Below are positions 29,958-43,199 of a stretch of 64,000 nt of DNA, piece after piece. The notes below the pieces were generated by a model. The model was not told where the DNA came from. It searched no databases and saw only the letters and a program-made list of their open reading frames with translations. A program made the position numbers and the translations under genes. The DNA lies in NCBI GenBank assembly GCA_002269645.1, contig NIVC01003134.1, positions 1 through 64,000 on the forward strand, given 5' to 3'. The stretch comes from Macrostomum lignano. Its lineage: Eukaryota. Position 1 is the first letter of the stretch; every line of letters starts with the position of its first letter.

Positions 29958-31062
29958 GTCTGAAGTACCGCACAGTATGAAAAAAATTGAAACATTTGCA
30001 CTGTCCTGGCAGCCCTAATCCAGCACAGAGATCTCTATTGTTTGTCCGACAAACTAGCCACCAAAAAATTCGCAGGTGCTGCAATTCAGTTTGCCAAAAC
30101 AAGCAGGCAGAATATCTCTGCACTAGGCTAATGCGGTGTTTGACCACAGTCAGTGAAGCCAGACATCTGGCAGGGGGTCCAGTGTATGACAGACGCAGAT
30201 ACCCCAATGGGCGGCGCTGTTTTGTCAGCAATATAACGTTCCGTTGCAGCGCAGCGCTAATGAGCCAAGTTTGGCCCAGGTAAAACAAGCCAATATACAC
30301 ATAGGCTGGGTCCGTCTCTATTGAGCGATGAGGGCGCGCAGGAAGCCAGCGCGTCTCTGCAAAATCCATTGCCTTAAGGGCAAAGCGAATAACAATTATC
30401 ATTTTTGCTGCCGGAATAGACCTAGATAATGCATAGGCCTACCCTGGCCCACGACAGGTTGGAATGCGTTTCTATGAATACATAATTGATGCGCCTGACG
30501 CGTTGCAACGCATCATTTTGCACTTTTTCTTGCTTTGAGCGTTTGCGTCAAAGGACAACTGGGGTAGGTACGAGCGTAGTAACCTTTTGTTCTGGATGAA
30601 TTTGACAAACAATTGAGAGATTAACGATAATAAATTTTTTTTAAAAAGTCATTTAGAAACTACGAGTATAAAAGATATCAATAGCTTGCACTGCAGCAGT
30701 TCCTCTATGCAGCATGGATTCTGAGTATATAGATTCGAAAATTGATTTACGCTTATCAAAGAGATTCGAGTACGCGGTAAAATTGTGCTATATTAAGGCC
30801 TCTCTATTCAAGTGGAGAGGGGTTTTAAGAACCCGACTGGCTCTATTTCAGGATCGACTGAAAATGAGGAATTAAAGCAACTAATACTAATTATACCTTA
30901 GCATACTCGTACTCAAGTTGGGCACTTAGAGAGTACTGCATGGACTCACAATTACATTTCATGATCCAAGCATAGTTTTACATATAATTCACTAATTCAA
31001 ATACATTTAAGGTACTTTTCTTTTAAGGTACATATCGCACATCTTTCGAAAGTAAATTCTTA

Positions 31063-31330
31063 GGGGGTTGCAGCCTAGTGGTTAGAGCATCGGATTCACG
31101 ACTTGAAGGTCGGGGGTTCGATTCCCGATCCTACTCGAAACAATTTGTGTCCTTGAGCAAGACGCTTAACTCTGCATTGCTTTAGTTCACCCAGCTGTAA
31201 AATGGGTGCCAGCATTAGCTGGGGTAATTAAGTGTGTCTGGCGACCCCCCTCCCCAGTCCTTGGACTGAACAGCCAGACGGTTGCACATCTGGCCCAGTT
31301 GAGGCAGGTGTAATCAATTATCATTATATT
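31063..31330 (+). mobile_element. tRNA-derived SINE with a CORE-like central domain
   Basis: Pol III A-box-like TAGTGGTTAGAGC and B-box GGTTCGATTCCC. These are followed by TGTGTCCTTGAGCAAGACGCTTAACTC...CTGTAAAATGGG, similar to the CORE consensus as recalled (TGTGACCTTGGGCAAGTTACTTAAC...CTGTAAAATGGG), and an ATT-rich tail. No TSD found. Confidence 0.75.
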
Positions 31331-31993
31331 ATACCAGCGACAGCAAACCATGAACAGCCATGAGAGCCAACCCCCAAGACGCAGAGTGTACATTCCCGAC
31401 GATTAGAAAATCAGAAGATTGCGTACGGTATTGGCGCGCTTGTACGTGCTTAGGAGTCAGCGGTATGACGAGATTGTCGTCAGCGCTGTTTGTGGAACCG
31501 ATGTCGCCAAAGCTTACTCGACCAACTATTCAACACTGTTGCTGCCTCAAGAGGTCACAATCAACAATTCATTCAAGCCAACAGCACAGATGATGACAAC
31601 CTCAAATGACTCCAAAGCTGCTAGCGTTGTGTGACGATAGACGATCAATAAGAGAAGTCAATGACAAAATCAACAGGATGATTTTGACTACATAACTGAC
31701 CCTCCAGGCAAACACCATTGTGGCACTGACAGAATCCAAATTTGCATAAAAATCAAATATCAAACTGACTCCATAAAACAAAGTGTTAAGAATTCAGAGA
31801 AACATGCACTGTTGGCTTATTGACTAACCAAGCGGAATAGCTAAACAAAAAACAGCTCTTACAGACCTCAAAAAGCCAATGTTATAACTGTAGGCATTTC
31901 TATTGCTAATTTACCTTGAAAATCTTCTAGAGAAAAGAATTTATGACAAAAGGGATAAACACAGAGTGTGATAAGACTGGCATGTGAATAGAG

Positions 31994-33217
31994 ACAGGAG
32001 ATGTGGGAGACAGCAGGGAGAGATGTGGGAGACAGCAGGGAGAGAGATGTGGGAGACAGCAGGGAGAGAGATGTGGGACACAACAGGGAGAGATGTGGGA
32101 GACAGCGGGGAGAGAGATGTGGGAGACAGCAGGGAGATGTGGGAGACAGCAGGGAGAGAGATGTGGGAGACAGCAGGGAGAGATGTGGGAGACAGCAGGG
32201 AGATGTGGGAGACAGCAGGGAGAGAGATGTGGGAGACAGCAGGGAGAGAGATGTGGGAGACAGCAGGGAGAGATGTGGGAGACAGCAGGGAGAGATGTGG
32301 GAGACAGCAGGGAGAGAGATGTGGGAGACAGCAGAGAGAGAGATGTGGGAGACAGCAGGGGAGAGATGTGGGAGACAGCAGGGGGAGAGATGTGGGAGAC
32401 AGCAGGGGGAGAGATGTGGGAGACAGCAGGGGGAGAGATGTGGGAGATAGCAGGGAGAGATGTGGGAGACAGCAGGGAGAGAGGTGTGGGAGACAACATG
32501 GGAGATGTGGGAGACAGCAGGGGAGAGATGTGGGAGACAGCAGGGGAGAGATGTGGGAGAAAGCAGGGAGAGATGCGGGAGACAGCAGGGGGAGAGATGT
32601 GGGAGACAGCAGGGAGAGAGATGTGGGAGACAGCAGGGGAGAGATGTGGGAGACAGCAGGGGGAGAGATGTGGGAGACAGCAGGGGGAGAGATGTGGGAG
32701 ACAGCAGGGGGAGAGATGTGGGAGACAGCGGGGAGAGAGATGTGGGAGACAGCAGGGGGAGAGATGTGGGAGACAGCAGGGAGAGAGATGTGGGAGACAG
32801 CAGGGAGAGAGATGTGGGAGACAGCAGGGGGAGAGATGTGGGAGACAGCAGGGGGAGAGATGTGGGAGACAGCAGGGGGAGAGATGTGGGAGACAGCAGG
32901 GGGAGAGATGTGGGAGATAGCAGGGAGAGATGTGGGAGACAGCAGGGAGAGAGGTGTGGGAGACAACATGGGAGATGTGGGAGACAGCAGGGGGAGAGAT
33001 GTGGGAGACAGCAGGGGGAGAGATGTGGGAGAAAGCAGGGAGAGATGCGGGAGACAGCAGGGGGAGAGATGTGGGAGACAGCAGGGAGAGAGATGTGGGA
33101 GACAGCAGGGGGAGAGATGTGGGAGACAGCAGGGAGAGAGATGTGGGAGACAGCAGGGGGAGAGATGTGGGAGACAGCAGGGGGAGATGTGGGAGACAGC
33201 AGGGGGAGAGATGTGGG
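31994..33217. repeat. 21-24-bp purine-rich minisatellite
   Basis: Unit GGG(GA)GAGATGTGGGAGACAGCA. Confidence 0.95.
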
Positions 33218-33983
33218 GGATTAAAAGTGAGGTAGCGGTGCAGCAATCAAGGTATCAATAACAGTGATGACGCAGATAAAAGAATCATAGGGGTGGCAAA
33301 CCCAGACGGATAAAATGATAGCTACATTACAGATTGACTACCAATAGTAGTACGCGGTTAAAGCATTGTAGCATTTTCGGCATAAGTTTAACGGCTGCCC
33401 TAAAAGTGCACAGAGCTGCAGAAACCCGATACACACCTGTTACCTACCGGCTAACAATACTAATAAAGTAGCAGTTAAATCGGGTCATTTATTAGGCTAA
33501 TTATATAGTAGAAATTCTATTATGAATGCATTAAATAAGCCACAAGACGGCTACTAATAGCAGCATGCAACGATTTTCAAATTACGAGTAGTTAAATAAC
33601 GTAGCAGCATAACTCAGGTTAATCATTTATTTGCGTGTGTAGTTTTCTTTCGCCACAGTGTAACGCATAATATTTGAATCGAATTGTTTTTGTCTTTAAC
33701 TAAACAATACCTTCACGGTGCCGATACTTCATTTGGGAAAGGAGGGCGTAAGCTCAGACAGCAGTTTTCTTGACATATGATGGGCCGGTGTGGTTAGTTA
33801 TTTAACTGGATTTCAAATTTAGAGCGAAAATTATTGTGGAAGATGACCGAGTTAAACACAAGTCAACACAATTACCCTTGTGCTTCAGTGAGACCCGTGA
33901 GAGACAGTGGAACCCACAAGATTAGAGGAAGTGTGAGAATTAGAGGAAGTCAGGAGAGGGTGAGAGGTAGAGTTGGAGAGGGA

Positions 33984-33984
<1 letters not shown>

Positions 33985-34036
<52 letters not shown>

Positions 34037-35140
34037 AAAGCAAGTCAGGGAAAGTGAGCTGGAGAGTCAGAGAGGAAGTGAGAGGTAGAGTTCGAGAGGG
34101 AGAGTCGAAGAGAGAGTGAGAGGGAGAGAGAGGGACTCAGTGAGAGAGTGAGAGGTAGAGTCAGAGATAAAGACAGGGAGAGTCAGAGATGGAGACAGGG
34201 AGAGTCAGGGATGGAGACAGGGAGAGTCAGAGATGGAGACAGGGAGAGTCAGAGATGGAGACAGGGAGAGTCAGAGATGGAGACAGGGAGAGTCAGGGAT
34301 GGAGACAGGGAGAGTCAGAGATGGAGACAGGGAGAGAGTGAGAGGTAGAGTCAGAGAGGGAGTCAGGGAGAGTGAGAGGTAGAGTCAGAGAGGGAGTCAG
34401 GGAGAGTCAGAGATGGAGACAGGGAGAGTCAGAGATGGAGACAGGGAGAGTCAGAGATGGAGACAGGGAGAGAGTGAGAGGTAGAGTCAGAGAGGGAGTC
34501 AGGGAGAGTGAGAGGTAGAGTCGGTGAGGGAGTCAGGGAGAGAGTGAGAGGTAGAGTCAGAGAGGGAGTCAGGGAGAGTGAGAGGTAGAATCAGAGAGAG
34601 TCAGGGAGAGAGTGAGAGGTAGAATCAGAGAGGGAGTCAGGGAGAGAGTAAGAGGTAGAGTCGGTGAGGGAGTCAGGGGGAGAGTGAGAGGTAGAGTCGG
34701 TGAGGGAGTCAGGGAGAGAGTGAGAGGTAGAGTCAGAGAGGGAGTCAAGGAGAGAGTAAGAGGTAGAGTCGGTGAGGGAGTCAGGGAGAGAGTGAGAGGT
34801 AGAGTCGGTGAGGGAGTCAGGGAGAGAGTGAGAGGTAGAGTCGGTGAGGGAGTCAGGGAGAGAGTGAGAGGGAGAATCAGAGAGAGAGTCAGGGAGAGAG
34901 TGAGAGGTAGAGTCAGAGAGGGAGTCAGGGAGAGAGTGAGAGGTAGAATCAGAGAGAGAGTCAGGGAGAGAGTGAGAGGTAGAATCAGAGAGGGAGTCAG
35001 GGGGAGAGTGAGAGGTAGAGTCGGTGAGGGAGTCAGGGAGAGAGTGAGAGGTAGAGTCAGAGAGGGAGTCAAGGAGAGAGTAAGAGGTAGAGTCGGTGAG
35101 GGAGTCAGGGAGAGAGTGAGAGGTAGAGTCGAAGAGGGAG
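33985..35140. repeat. Compound GA-rich repeat: (GA)n, then 22-bp and 36-bp units
   Basis: GGAGACAGGGAGAGTCAGAGAT and GAGAGTGAGAGGTAGAGTC(A/G)G(A/T)GAGGGAGTCAGG. Confidence 0.9.
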
Positions 35141-35654
35141 TCAGTGGGGTGTAGGGAAGAAGATGCAAAGGTAAAAGTATTAATTAAGCAACAAAGAATG
35201 CACGGAGCGGCAATATAAACGCAAATGACACTACAAAACAGACTAGCAACAAATAACTCGATAGTAAAGTTATATCAATATTCGAGTTCTCCGGTTGCCA
35301 GGACAAAAATACAGGATATACGGAAAATTTTATTTAAGTCGCGAATTTAGAAACAAAAGAACAAAGGAAAGCAGGTTCATTGAAGCAGCATTTTTTCCAC
35401 AACTCAGACATCTGAAACTAAACCAAGAACACGCGGACACTAGTTAAAAGTACTTTGCGGACCTGGATAAAAATAGAAACATTCTAAGAATTAGACTGTT
35501 AAAGTTTCGGCTAATTAAACTTACTGAAAAAAAGATGACACCATTTTTATTGTTTTTTTCAGGATTCGCAAGCAGGGACAAACTGGCTTAGTTAAAAAAT
35601 TAAGTAAGTTCACTTTGCCACAAAAATATAATTCACTGTTTATCAGACTTACCA

Positions 35655-36552
35655 ACTAAACAGATTGGTTGGGTAGGGAGCGGATTACTACACAGATTGA
35701 CTGGGTAGGGAGCGGATTACTTAGCAGATTGATTGGGTAGGGAGCGGATTACTTAGCAGATTGATTGGGTAGGGAGCGGATTCTGACACCAATTGGTGGG
35801 AAAGGGGCTGATTAACTAAACAGATTGATTGGGTAGGGAGCGGATTACTTAGCAGATTGATTGGGTAGGGAGCGGATTCTGACACCAATTGGTGGGAAAG
35901 GGGCTGATTAACTAAACAGATTGATTGGGTAGGGAGCGGATTACTTAGCAGATTGATTGGGTAGGGAGCGGATTACTTAGCAGATTGATTGGGTAGGGAG
36001 CGGATTCTGACACCAATTGGTGGGAAAGGGGCTGATTAACTAAACAGATTGATTGGGTAGGGAGCGGATTACTTAGCAGATTGATTGGGTAGGGAGCGGA
36101 TTCTGACACCAATTGGTGGGAAAGGGGCTGATTAACTAAACAGATTGATTGGGTAGGGAGCGGATTACTTAGCAGATTGATTGGGTAGGGAGCGGATTCT
36201 GACACCAATTGGTGGGAAGGGGGCTGATTAACTAAACAGATTGATTGGGTAGGGAGCGGATTACTTAGCAGATTGATTGGGTAGGGAGCGGATTCTGACA
36301 CCAATTGGTGGGAAGGGGGCTGATTAACTAAACAGATTGATTGGGTAGGGAGCGGATTACTTAGCAGATTGATTGGGTAGGGAGCGGATTCTGACACCAA
36401 TTGGTGGGAAGGGGGCTGATTAACTAAACAGATTGATTGGGTAGGGAGCGGATTACTACGCAAATTGATTGGATAGGGAGCGGATTACTGCACAGATTGA
36501 TTGGGTAGGGAGCGGATTACTTAGCAGATTGATTGAGTAGGGAGCGGATGAC
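35655..36552. repeat. 96-bp higher-order tandem repeat downstream of YME1L
   Basis: Two CAGATTGATTGGGTAGGGAGCGGATT subunits plus CTGACACCAATTGGTGGGAA(A/G)GGGGCTGATTAACTAAA. Confidence 0.9.
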
Positions 36553-36662
36553 CTAAAAATCGAACAACTGAAAACTGAATTCAGCAATGTGAACAATGTC
36601 ATCAAGTTTTAGCGCATAAGAATGTAAAAATGAGACAGACCAATACGAGCAGGTGGGTATAG

Positions 36663-37109
36663 TTAAATCTTTGGAGACTGAGGCTTAACAGTTTCGCTTG
36701 TAGCACCGGTGTCGCTTCCTTCGACAGCGCCGCTGCCGCCGCCACCGCCGCCACCGCTGCCTCCAAGCAGCGTTTTCAACCACGAAGCGTCGCGACCTTC
36801 CTGTTGCTGCTGCTGCTGCTGTTGCTGCTGTTTCAGCAGCTTCTGCTGGTATTGCTGCTTAGCGTTAACTTTAAACGGTTTTTTACCTGACACGACTCGC
36901 AAAATATCGTCGTAATCCAGAGACTCGAACTCCAGCAGAGCGTTGGTCAGCTGCTCCAGCTCCTGGCGGTGGTCGCGAACGAGACGCCGGACCCGCTCTC
37001 GACTGTCCTCGAGGATGCGCTTGACTTCGCTGTCCGCTTGGGCGAGAGTCTGCTGACTAGAATTTTCTGCCGATACTGTCATAACGCCGATGCCGTCGCT
37101 CATGCCGTA
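36663..37109 (-). CDS. YME1L1: YME1L exon 6 (end of peptidase M41 domain, polyQ/polyG tail, stop)
   Basis: Acceptor CCCCAG|TAC, phase 0; YGMSD...EVKRILEDSRERVRRL...ALLEFESLDYDDILRVVSGK. Confidence 0.93.
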   Translation of the reverse strand, partial: YGMSDGIGVMTVSAENSSQQTLAQADSEVKRILEDSRERVRRLVRDHRQELEQLTNALLEFESLDYDDILRVVSGKKPFKVNAKQQYQQKLLKQQQQQQQQQQEGRDASWLKTLLGGSGGGGGGGSGAVEGSDTGATSETVKPQSPKI

Positions 37110-37179
37110 CTGGGGAATGAGGCGGAGCAGAGTGAGGGGGGTTGACTGGCATAAATGAACGATGAACAAGACAAATGGG

Positions 37180-37656
37180 ACAGACAGACAGGTACTGGTG
37201 GACAGACAGACAGGGTATAGAGAGACAGAAAGACAGGTATAGAGAGACAGATAGACAGGTAAAGATAGACAGATAGGCAGGTAAAGATAGACAGATAGGC
37301 AGGTAAAGATAGACAGATAGACAGGTAAAGATAGACAGATAGACAGGTAAAGATAGACAGATAGGCAGGTAAAGATAGACAGATAGACAGGTATAGATAG
37401 ACAGATAGGCAGGTAAAGATAGACAGATAGACAGGTATAGATAGACAGATAGACAGGTAAAGATAGACAGATAGACAGGTAAAGATAGACAGATAGACAG
37501 GTATAGATAGACAGATAGGCAGGTAAAGATAGACAGATAGACAGGTATAGATAGACAGATAGGCAGGTAAAGATAGACAGATAGACAGGTATAGATAGAC
37601 AGATAGGCAGGTAAAGATAGACAGATAGACAGGAATAGAGAGACAGATAGACAGGT
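37180..37656. repeat. 22-bp minisatellite in YME1L intron 5 (continues at 39567-39780 after an insertion)
   Basis: Unit AGACAGATAG(A/G)CAGGTA(A/T)AGAT. Confidence 0.93.
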
Positions 37657-39566
37657 CCCGCCGGGCTGAATTTAGCCGTCTTTTATCCGATGCGTTGTCC
37701 GGAGTTTAATCCGGCAGGAATAGCAAATTTACATGCAAAAAAACGGACGAAAACCGGACGAAAAGTTTACAAAACGGATGAAAGTGTTGAAAATATGACG
37801 TTTATCCGGTTTGGTATCCGGCTGTGTGTCCGGTTATTGCCCGATAAGTAATCCGGAGGAAGCCGGATGGGAGAGCGGAGCCAATTCCGGATGAAAACCG
37901 GATGAAATGTATGGATGTTACAGCCGGATAAGAAACCGGAGCCATTTCCGGATCAAATGTATGGATACCTGTATACTGTCGTCGGATAATAATGGACATT
38001 CTAGATGCTTATTACTCAGCCTTAATTTGTGCTCTTTACAGCGGCTTCCAAAGGTTTGGCACAAAAATTGCACTATGTGGCGGCTATTATAGCTACGGCT
38101 CCTGCTCCTTTCTATAGCTGCTGCTCCTGCTATGATTCTGCTCGTATCTGTATGAACAAGCGAGGAGCTCTAGAGAAGCTTACTAGTAGAAAGCTTTCGG
38201 CAGGGGCGCGTCCAGAGGTTTCAGGATGGGGGCCGATCAGGAGAGGGGAGAGAAGAGAGAGGAAGGATGAAAGAAGAGAGAAGAGATGAGATAGGAGAGA
38301 TGAAAGAGGGGAAAGGAGAGATGAGAGAGCAGAGACAAGAAATGTGACAGTAGAGCTAGAACAGAGGAGAGAGGAGAGGGAAGAGAAATATGTGAGAGCA
38401 GACATGAGAGACAGTGGGAGACAAGTGGAGTGGATGGGAGGAGAAAGGAGAAAAAAGGGGGAGAATCGAGAGGACAAGAAGAGAGGGGAAGGGAGAGAAG
38501 AGGGAGGAGAGGAAAGAGAAGAATGGAGAAGGGAGAGAGTAGAAAGAAGAGGAGATGGGAGAGCAGGAGAGGTGAGAGATGAGAGGGAGGAGAGAGTAGA
38601 GACGAAAGAGAAGAGGTGAGGGAAGATGGACGAGAGAAGAGGGGAGATATAAGCGAAAATAATTCCGGGGATCAGAATTCCACATGTTCAAAATCCGCAG
38701 GTTTCAACAGCTAATGTAAAAAAACTGAAAGTGGGGGGCCAAAGGGGCCCATGGCTTTACAGGGGGGGCCTGGGCCCCCTAGCCCCCCCCCCTTGGACGG
38801 GCCACTGGCTTTCGGTAATTAAAACAGAGGATTATAAAGGCTTTAATCGAAACAGTAAGGCGATCTATATAACTTTTATCCCAACACATACATGGGCGAA
38901 TGCCGCTGAAAAAAATTGTAGGGCCAGCGCCAGTTTAATTAGATGCAAATATTTCCAACGGGTATTGTAAACAGTACAATAAATAGACATGGCATGATCA
39001 ATAAAATTTCCTGTCAACATTGATGCCCGGTGGCATCTGGTTAATAGATTCGGGTACAGAAGTAAACAACGGGCACATGTCCAATCGGCAGTCTTTTCCG
39101 TGGTATTTGAGCCGCAGTCCGCGTTTTGCTTCTCCCGGTCCATTTTTGAGCCTTGTGCGCTGAAAATTGACATTGACTTCAAGTGAACTCCCTCATCCGG
39201 ATTTTGTCCGTTTCACTATCCGGAAGTTTATCACTGTAAGCCGGATTCACAGCCGGATAAAAAACCGGAACAACTCCGGGTAGAAAGTTATGATTCATCC
39301 GACTTTCATCCGCTTCTTATTCCGGTTGGCAGTCCGGTTTTCATCCGCTGATCGACCGGAGCAGGAATCGGACACAATCCGGATAAAATGTGATCAATAA
39401 AAACACTTTAATCCGGTTTTGCTCCGGAGTTTCCTCCGTTTGTTAGTCCGGTAAGAACTGCCGGATCAAAACCGGATAAAAATTCATTTTCGTCCGGAAA
39501 AGTCTAAAATTACGGATTAAACCGGATGAAGGCCGGGTAAATACCGGGTACCGACAGCCAGGCGGG
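37657..39566. mobile_element. Non-autonomous CACTA/EnSpm(CMC)-like DNA element, 1910 bp
   Basis: 12-bp TIRs CCCGCCGGGCTG / CAGCCAGGCGGG (1 mismatch), GT dinucleotide duplicated on both sides, dense subterminal (A/T)CCGG(A/T) repeats at both ends. The superfamily call is inferred from CCC ends, the 2-bp TSD and the subterminal repeats. Confidence 0.75.
38201..38807. mobile_element. hAT-type MITE nested in the CACTA-like element
   Basis: Imperfect TIRs CAGGGGCGCGTCCA / TGGACGGGCCACTG; perfect 8-bp TSD GCTTTCGG (38193-38200 and 38808-38815); GA-rich interior. Confidence 0.85.
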
Positions 39567-39852
39567 GTATAGATAGACAGATAGACACGTATAGAGAGAC
39601 GGATAGACAGGTAAAGATAGACAGATAGGCAGGTAAAGATAGACAGAAAGACAGGTATAGAGAGACACATGGACACGTACAGATGGACAGATAGACAGGT
39701 ATAAATGGACAGACAGGTATAGATAGACAGGCAGACAGACATGAAGACAGGCAAAAATAGACAGACACAGAGAGGCGCACAGAAAACGGCAAATCTCTAA
39801 CTCTCGTACAAAATGCGCTCGAACCCCCCGCCCTCACAAAACACTTTCTCAC

Positions 39853-40197
39853 TTTCTCAACCATAGACCGAGCCAGTTGAGTAGCCTGTTGCAGATCGCT
39901 AGAACAGCCGGTGGTGACAGAGTCCGGCCCGAACATGAGCTCCTCGGCAGCTTGGCCGCCCATAAACATGTCAATCTGGGCCAGGATCTGCGATTTCCTA
40001 CTGCCAAACTGGTCGGCCTCGTCAGGCAGAGGGGCGGTGTGGCCCAGACTGAGGCCGCGCGGTAGGATGGTCACGTGATTCACTTTCGGCGCGTCCTTGG
40101 TGAACAGGGCCACGAGAGTGTGGCCAGACTCGTGCGCCGCCGTCATCGTGTTGACGTGCGGAGTTCGAGGCTTGTTGCCAACTGTGCCCATGCGAAC
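39853..40197 (-). CDS. YME1L1: YME1L exon 5 (M41 protease, HESGH zinc motif)
   Basis: Acceptor CCCCAG|GTT, donor AAA|GTGAGA; TAAHESGHTLVA...TILPRGLSLGHT...MGGQAAEELMFG...GCSSDLQQAT. Confidence 0.95.
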
Positions 40198-40244
40198 CTG
40201 GGGGGGGGGGGGGTAAAGAGGGAGGTTAAATCTCAGTTTTATGA

Positions 40245-41492
40245 GTCAGGTGATCCACTGTGAGATCAGGTGAACTACTATGAAATCAGGTGACCTACTA
40301 TGAGATCAGGTGACCCACTATGAGTTCAGGTGACCCAATATGAGATCAGGTGATCCAATATGAGATCAGGTGACCTACTATGAAATCAGGTGACCTACTA
40401 TGAGATCAGGTGACCCACTATGAGTTCAGGTGACCCAATATGACATCAGGTGATCTACTATGAAATCAGGTGACCTACTATGAGATCAAGCAACCTACTA
40501 TGAGATCAGGTGACCTACTATGAAATCAGGTGACCTACTATGAGATCAGGTGACCTACTATAAGATCAGGTGACCTACTATGAGATCAGGTGACCTACTA
40601 TGATATCAGGTGACCTACTATGAGATCAGGTGACCAACTATGAAATCAGGTGACCTACTATGAGATCAGGTGACTTACTATGAGATCAGGTGACCTACTA
40701 TGAAATCAGGTGACCTTACTATGAGATCAGGTGACTTACTATGAGATCAGGTGACCTACTATGAAATCAGGTGACCAACTATGAGATCAGGTGACCAACT
40801 ATGAGATCAGGTGACCCACTATGACTTCAGGTGACCCAATATGAGATCAGGTGACCTACTATGAGATTAGGTGACCCAATATGAGATCAGGTGACCTACT
40901 ATGAGATTAGGTGACCCAATATGAGATCAGGTGACCCAATGAGATCAGGTGACCTACTATGAGATCAGGTGACCTACTATGAAATCAGGTGACCTACTAT
41001 GAGATCAGGTGACCTACTATGAAATCAGGTGACCTACTATGAGATTAGGTGACCCAATATGAGATCAGGTGACCCACTATGAGCTCAGGTGACCCAATAT
41101 GAGATCAGGTGACCTACTATGAGATCAGGTGACCTACTATGAAATCAGGTGACCTACTATGAGATTAGGTGACCCAATATGAGATCAGGTGACCCAATGA
41201 GATCAGGTGACCTACTATGAGATCAGGTGACCTATTATGAGATCAGGTGACCCACTATGAGATCAAGCAACCTACTATGAGAACAAGCAACCTACTATGA
41301 GATCAAGCAACCTACTATGAGATCAAGCAACCTACTATGAGATCAGGTGATCTACTATGAGATCAGGTGACCTACTTTGAAATCAGGTGACCAACTATGA
41401 GATCAGGTGACCCACTATGAGCTCAGGTGACCCAATATGAGATCAGGTGACCTACTATGAGATCAGGTGACCCAAAACGAGAGCAGGTGACC
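40245..41492. repeat. 20-bp minisatellite filling YME1L intron 4
   Basis: Unit ATGAGATCAGGTGACCTACT (palindromic core AGGTGACCT). Confidence 0.96.
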
Positions 41493-41614
41493 TACGTACT
41501 TCCTTAGAAAAAAATCTCAAAAGCTACTTGCTTAATAAGTAGCATAAACCATTGCCCGACAAGTTTAGCTATATACATAATTTGCTCATAAATGTAGACG
41601 AAAATTAAACGCAC

Positions 41615-41833
41615 TTTATTATAAGCAGTCTGAATATGCCTCCAATTGACGCACTGCTCCCGTTCCAGAGCGGCAATGACTGCGCCCTGATTAATAACGT
41701 TGGCTAACTGAGCTCCGGAGAAGCCGATTGTGATTTTGGCAAGACGATCAATGTCCACATCGTCAGCGATGGACACTTTGCTGAGGTACAGCTCCAGGAT
41801 GCTGGTTCGGCCAACTAGGTCTGGTAGGTGTAC
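41615..41833 (-). CDS. YME1L1: YME1L exon 4 (AAA lid)
   Basis: Acceptor CCGCAG|GTA, donor AAA|GTGCGT; VHLPDLVGRTSILELYL...TIGFSGAQLANVINQGA. Confidence 0.95.
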
Positions 41834-41939
41834 CTGCGGACGATGGGTACAGCGTAAATTGTTATTAATATATAATTAGTTTTCTTATAGAACCCAATCT
41901 TAATTAATATATAAGCATCTACAGAAAGTTAAGATAATG

Positions 41940-42541
41940 ATCTATGACCCATGAACCACCATAACTTAATTAATGACTAATGACTTACCTGACCTAATCG
42001 AATGACTAATGACCTACCTGACCTACCTAGTCGAATGACTAATGATCCAACCTGACCTAACCAAATGACCCATAACCCACCTGACCTAATCAAATGACTA
42101 ATGACCCAAAGCCCACCTGACCTAATCAAATGACTAATGACCCATAACCCATCTGACCTAACCAAACGACCCATAACCCACCTGACCTAATCAAATGACT
42201 AATGACCCAAAACCCACCTGACCTAATCAAAAGACTAATGACCCATAACCCACCTGACCTAACCGAATGACCCATGACCCACCTGACCTAACCGAATGAC
42301 CTATGACCCACCTGACCTAACCGAATGACCCATGACCCACCTGACCTAACCGAATGACTAATGACCCACCTGACCTAATTAACTGACCCATGACCCAAAA
42401 GATCTAATCGAATGGCCCATGACCCACCTGACTTAATCGAATGACCCATGAATCACTGACCTAATCAAATGACCCATGACCCACCTGACCTAACCGAATG
42501 ACCCATGACCCACCTGACCTAACTGAATGACCCATGACCCA
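41940..42541. repeat. About 29-bp minisatellite in YME1L intron 3
   Basis: Unit GACCCATGACCCACCTGACCTAACCGAAT and variants. Confidence 0.9.
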
Positions 42542-42552
42542 CCGCGCCCTTA

Positions 42553-43041
<489 letters not shown>

Positions 43042-43199
43042 CTAATGGATGTGCATTTGAAACAATCTTTGTATTGCTAGAGGATTGCTTCTTCTTACAT
43101 AGACGAAGAAATTCCTCTTTATCAAACAAGGAATTCACGATTTCATAGAAGAATTCCACTTTGTGTATAGAAAAATTCTTGATTTCCTAGAAAAGTTTC

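Noticed and set aside
29944-30402. 152-aa and 98-aa overlapping ORFs as a gene
   Set aside because: No recognisable motif and no convincing splice partners
31063-31135. Functional tRNA gene
   Set aside because: A and B boxes are present but the acceptor and anticodon stems pair poorly, and the sequence continues into a SINE body
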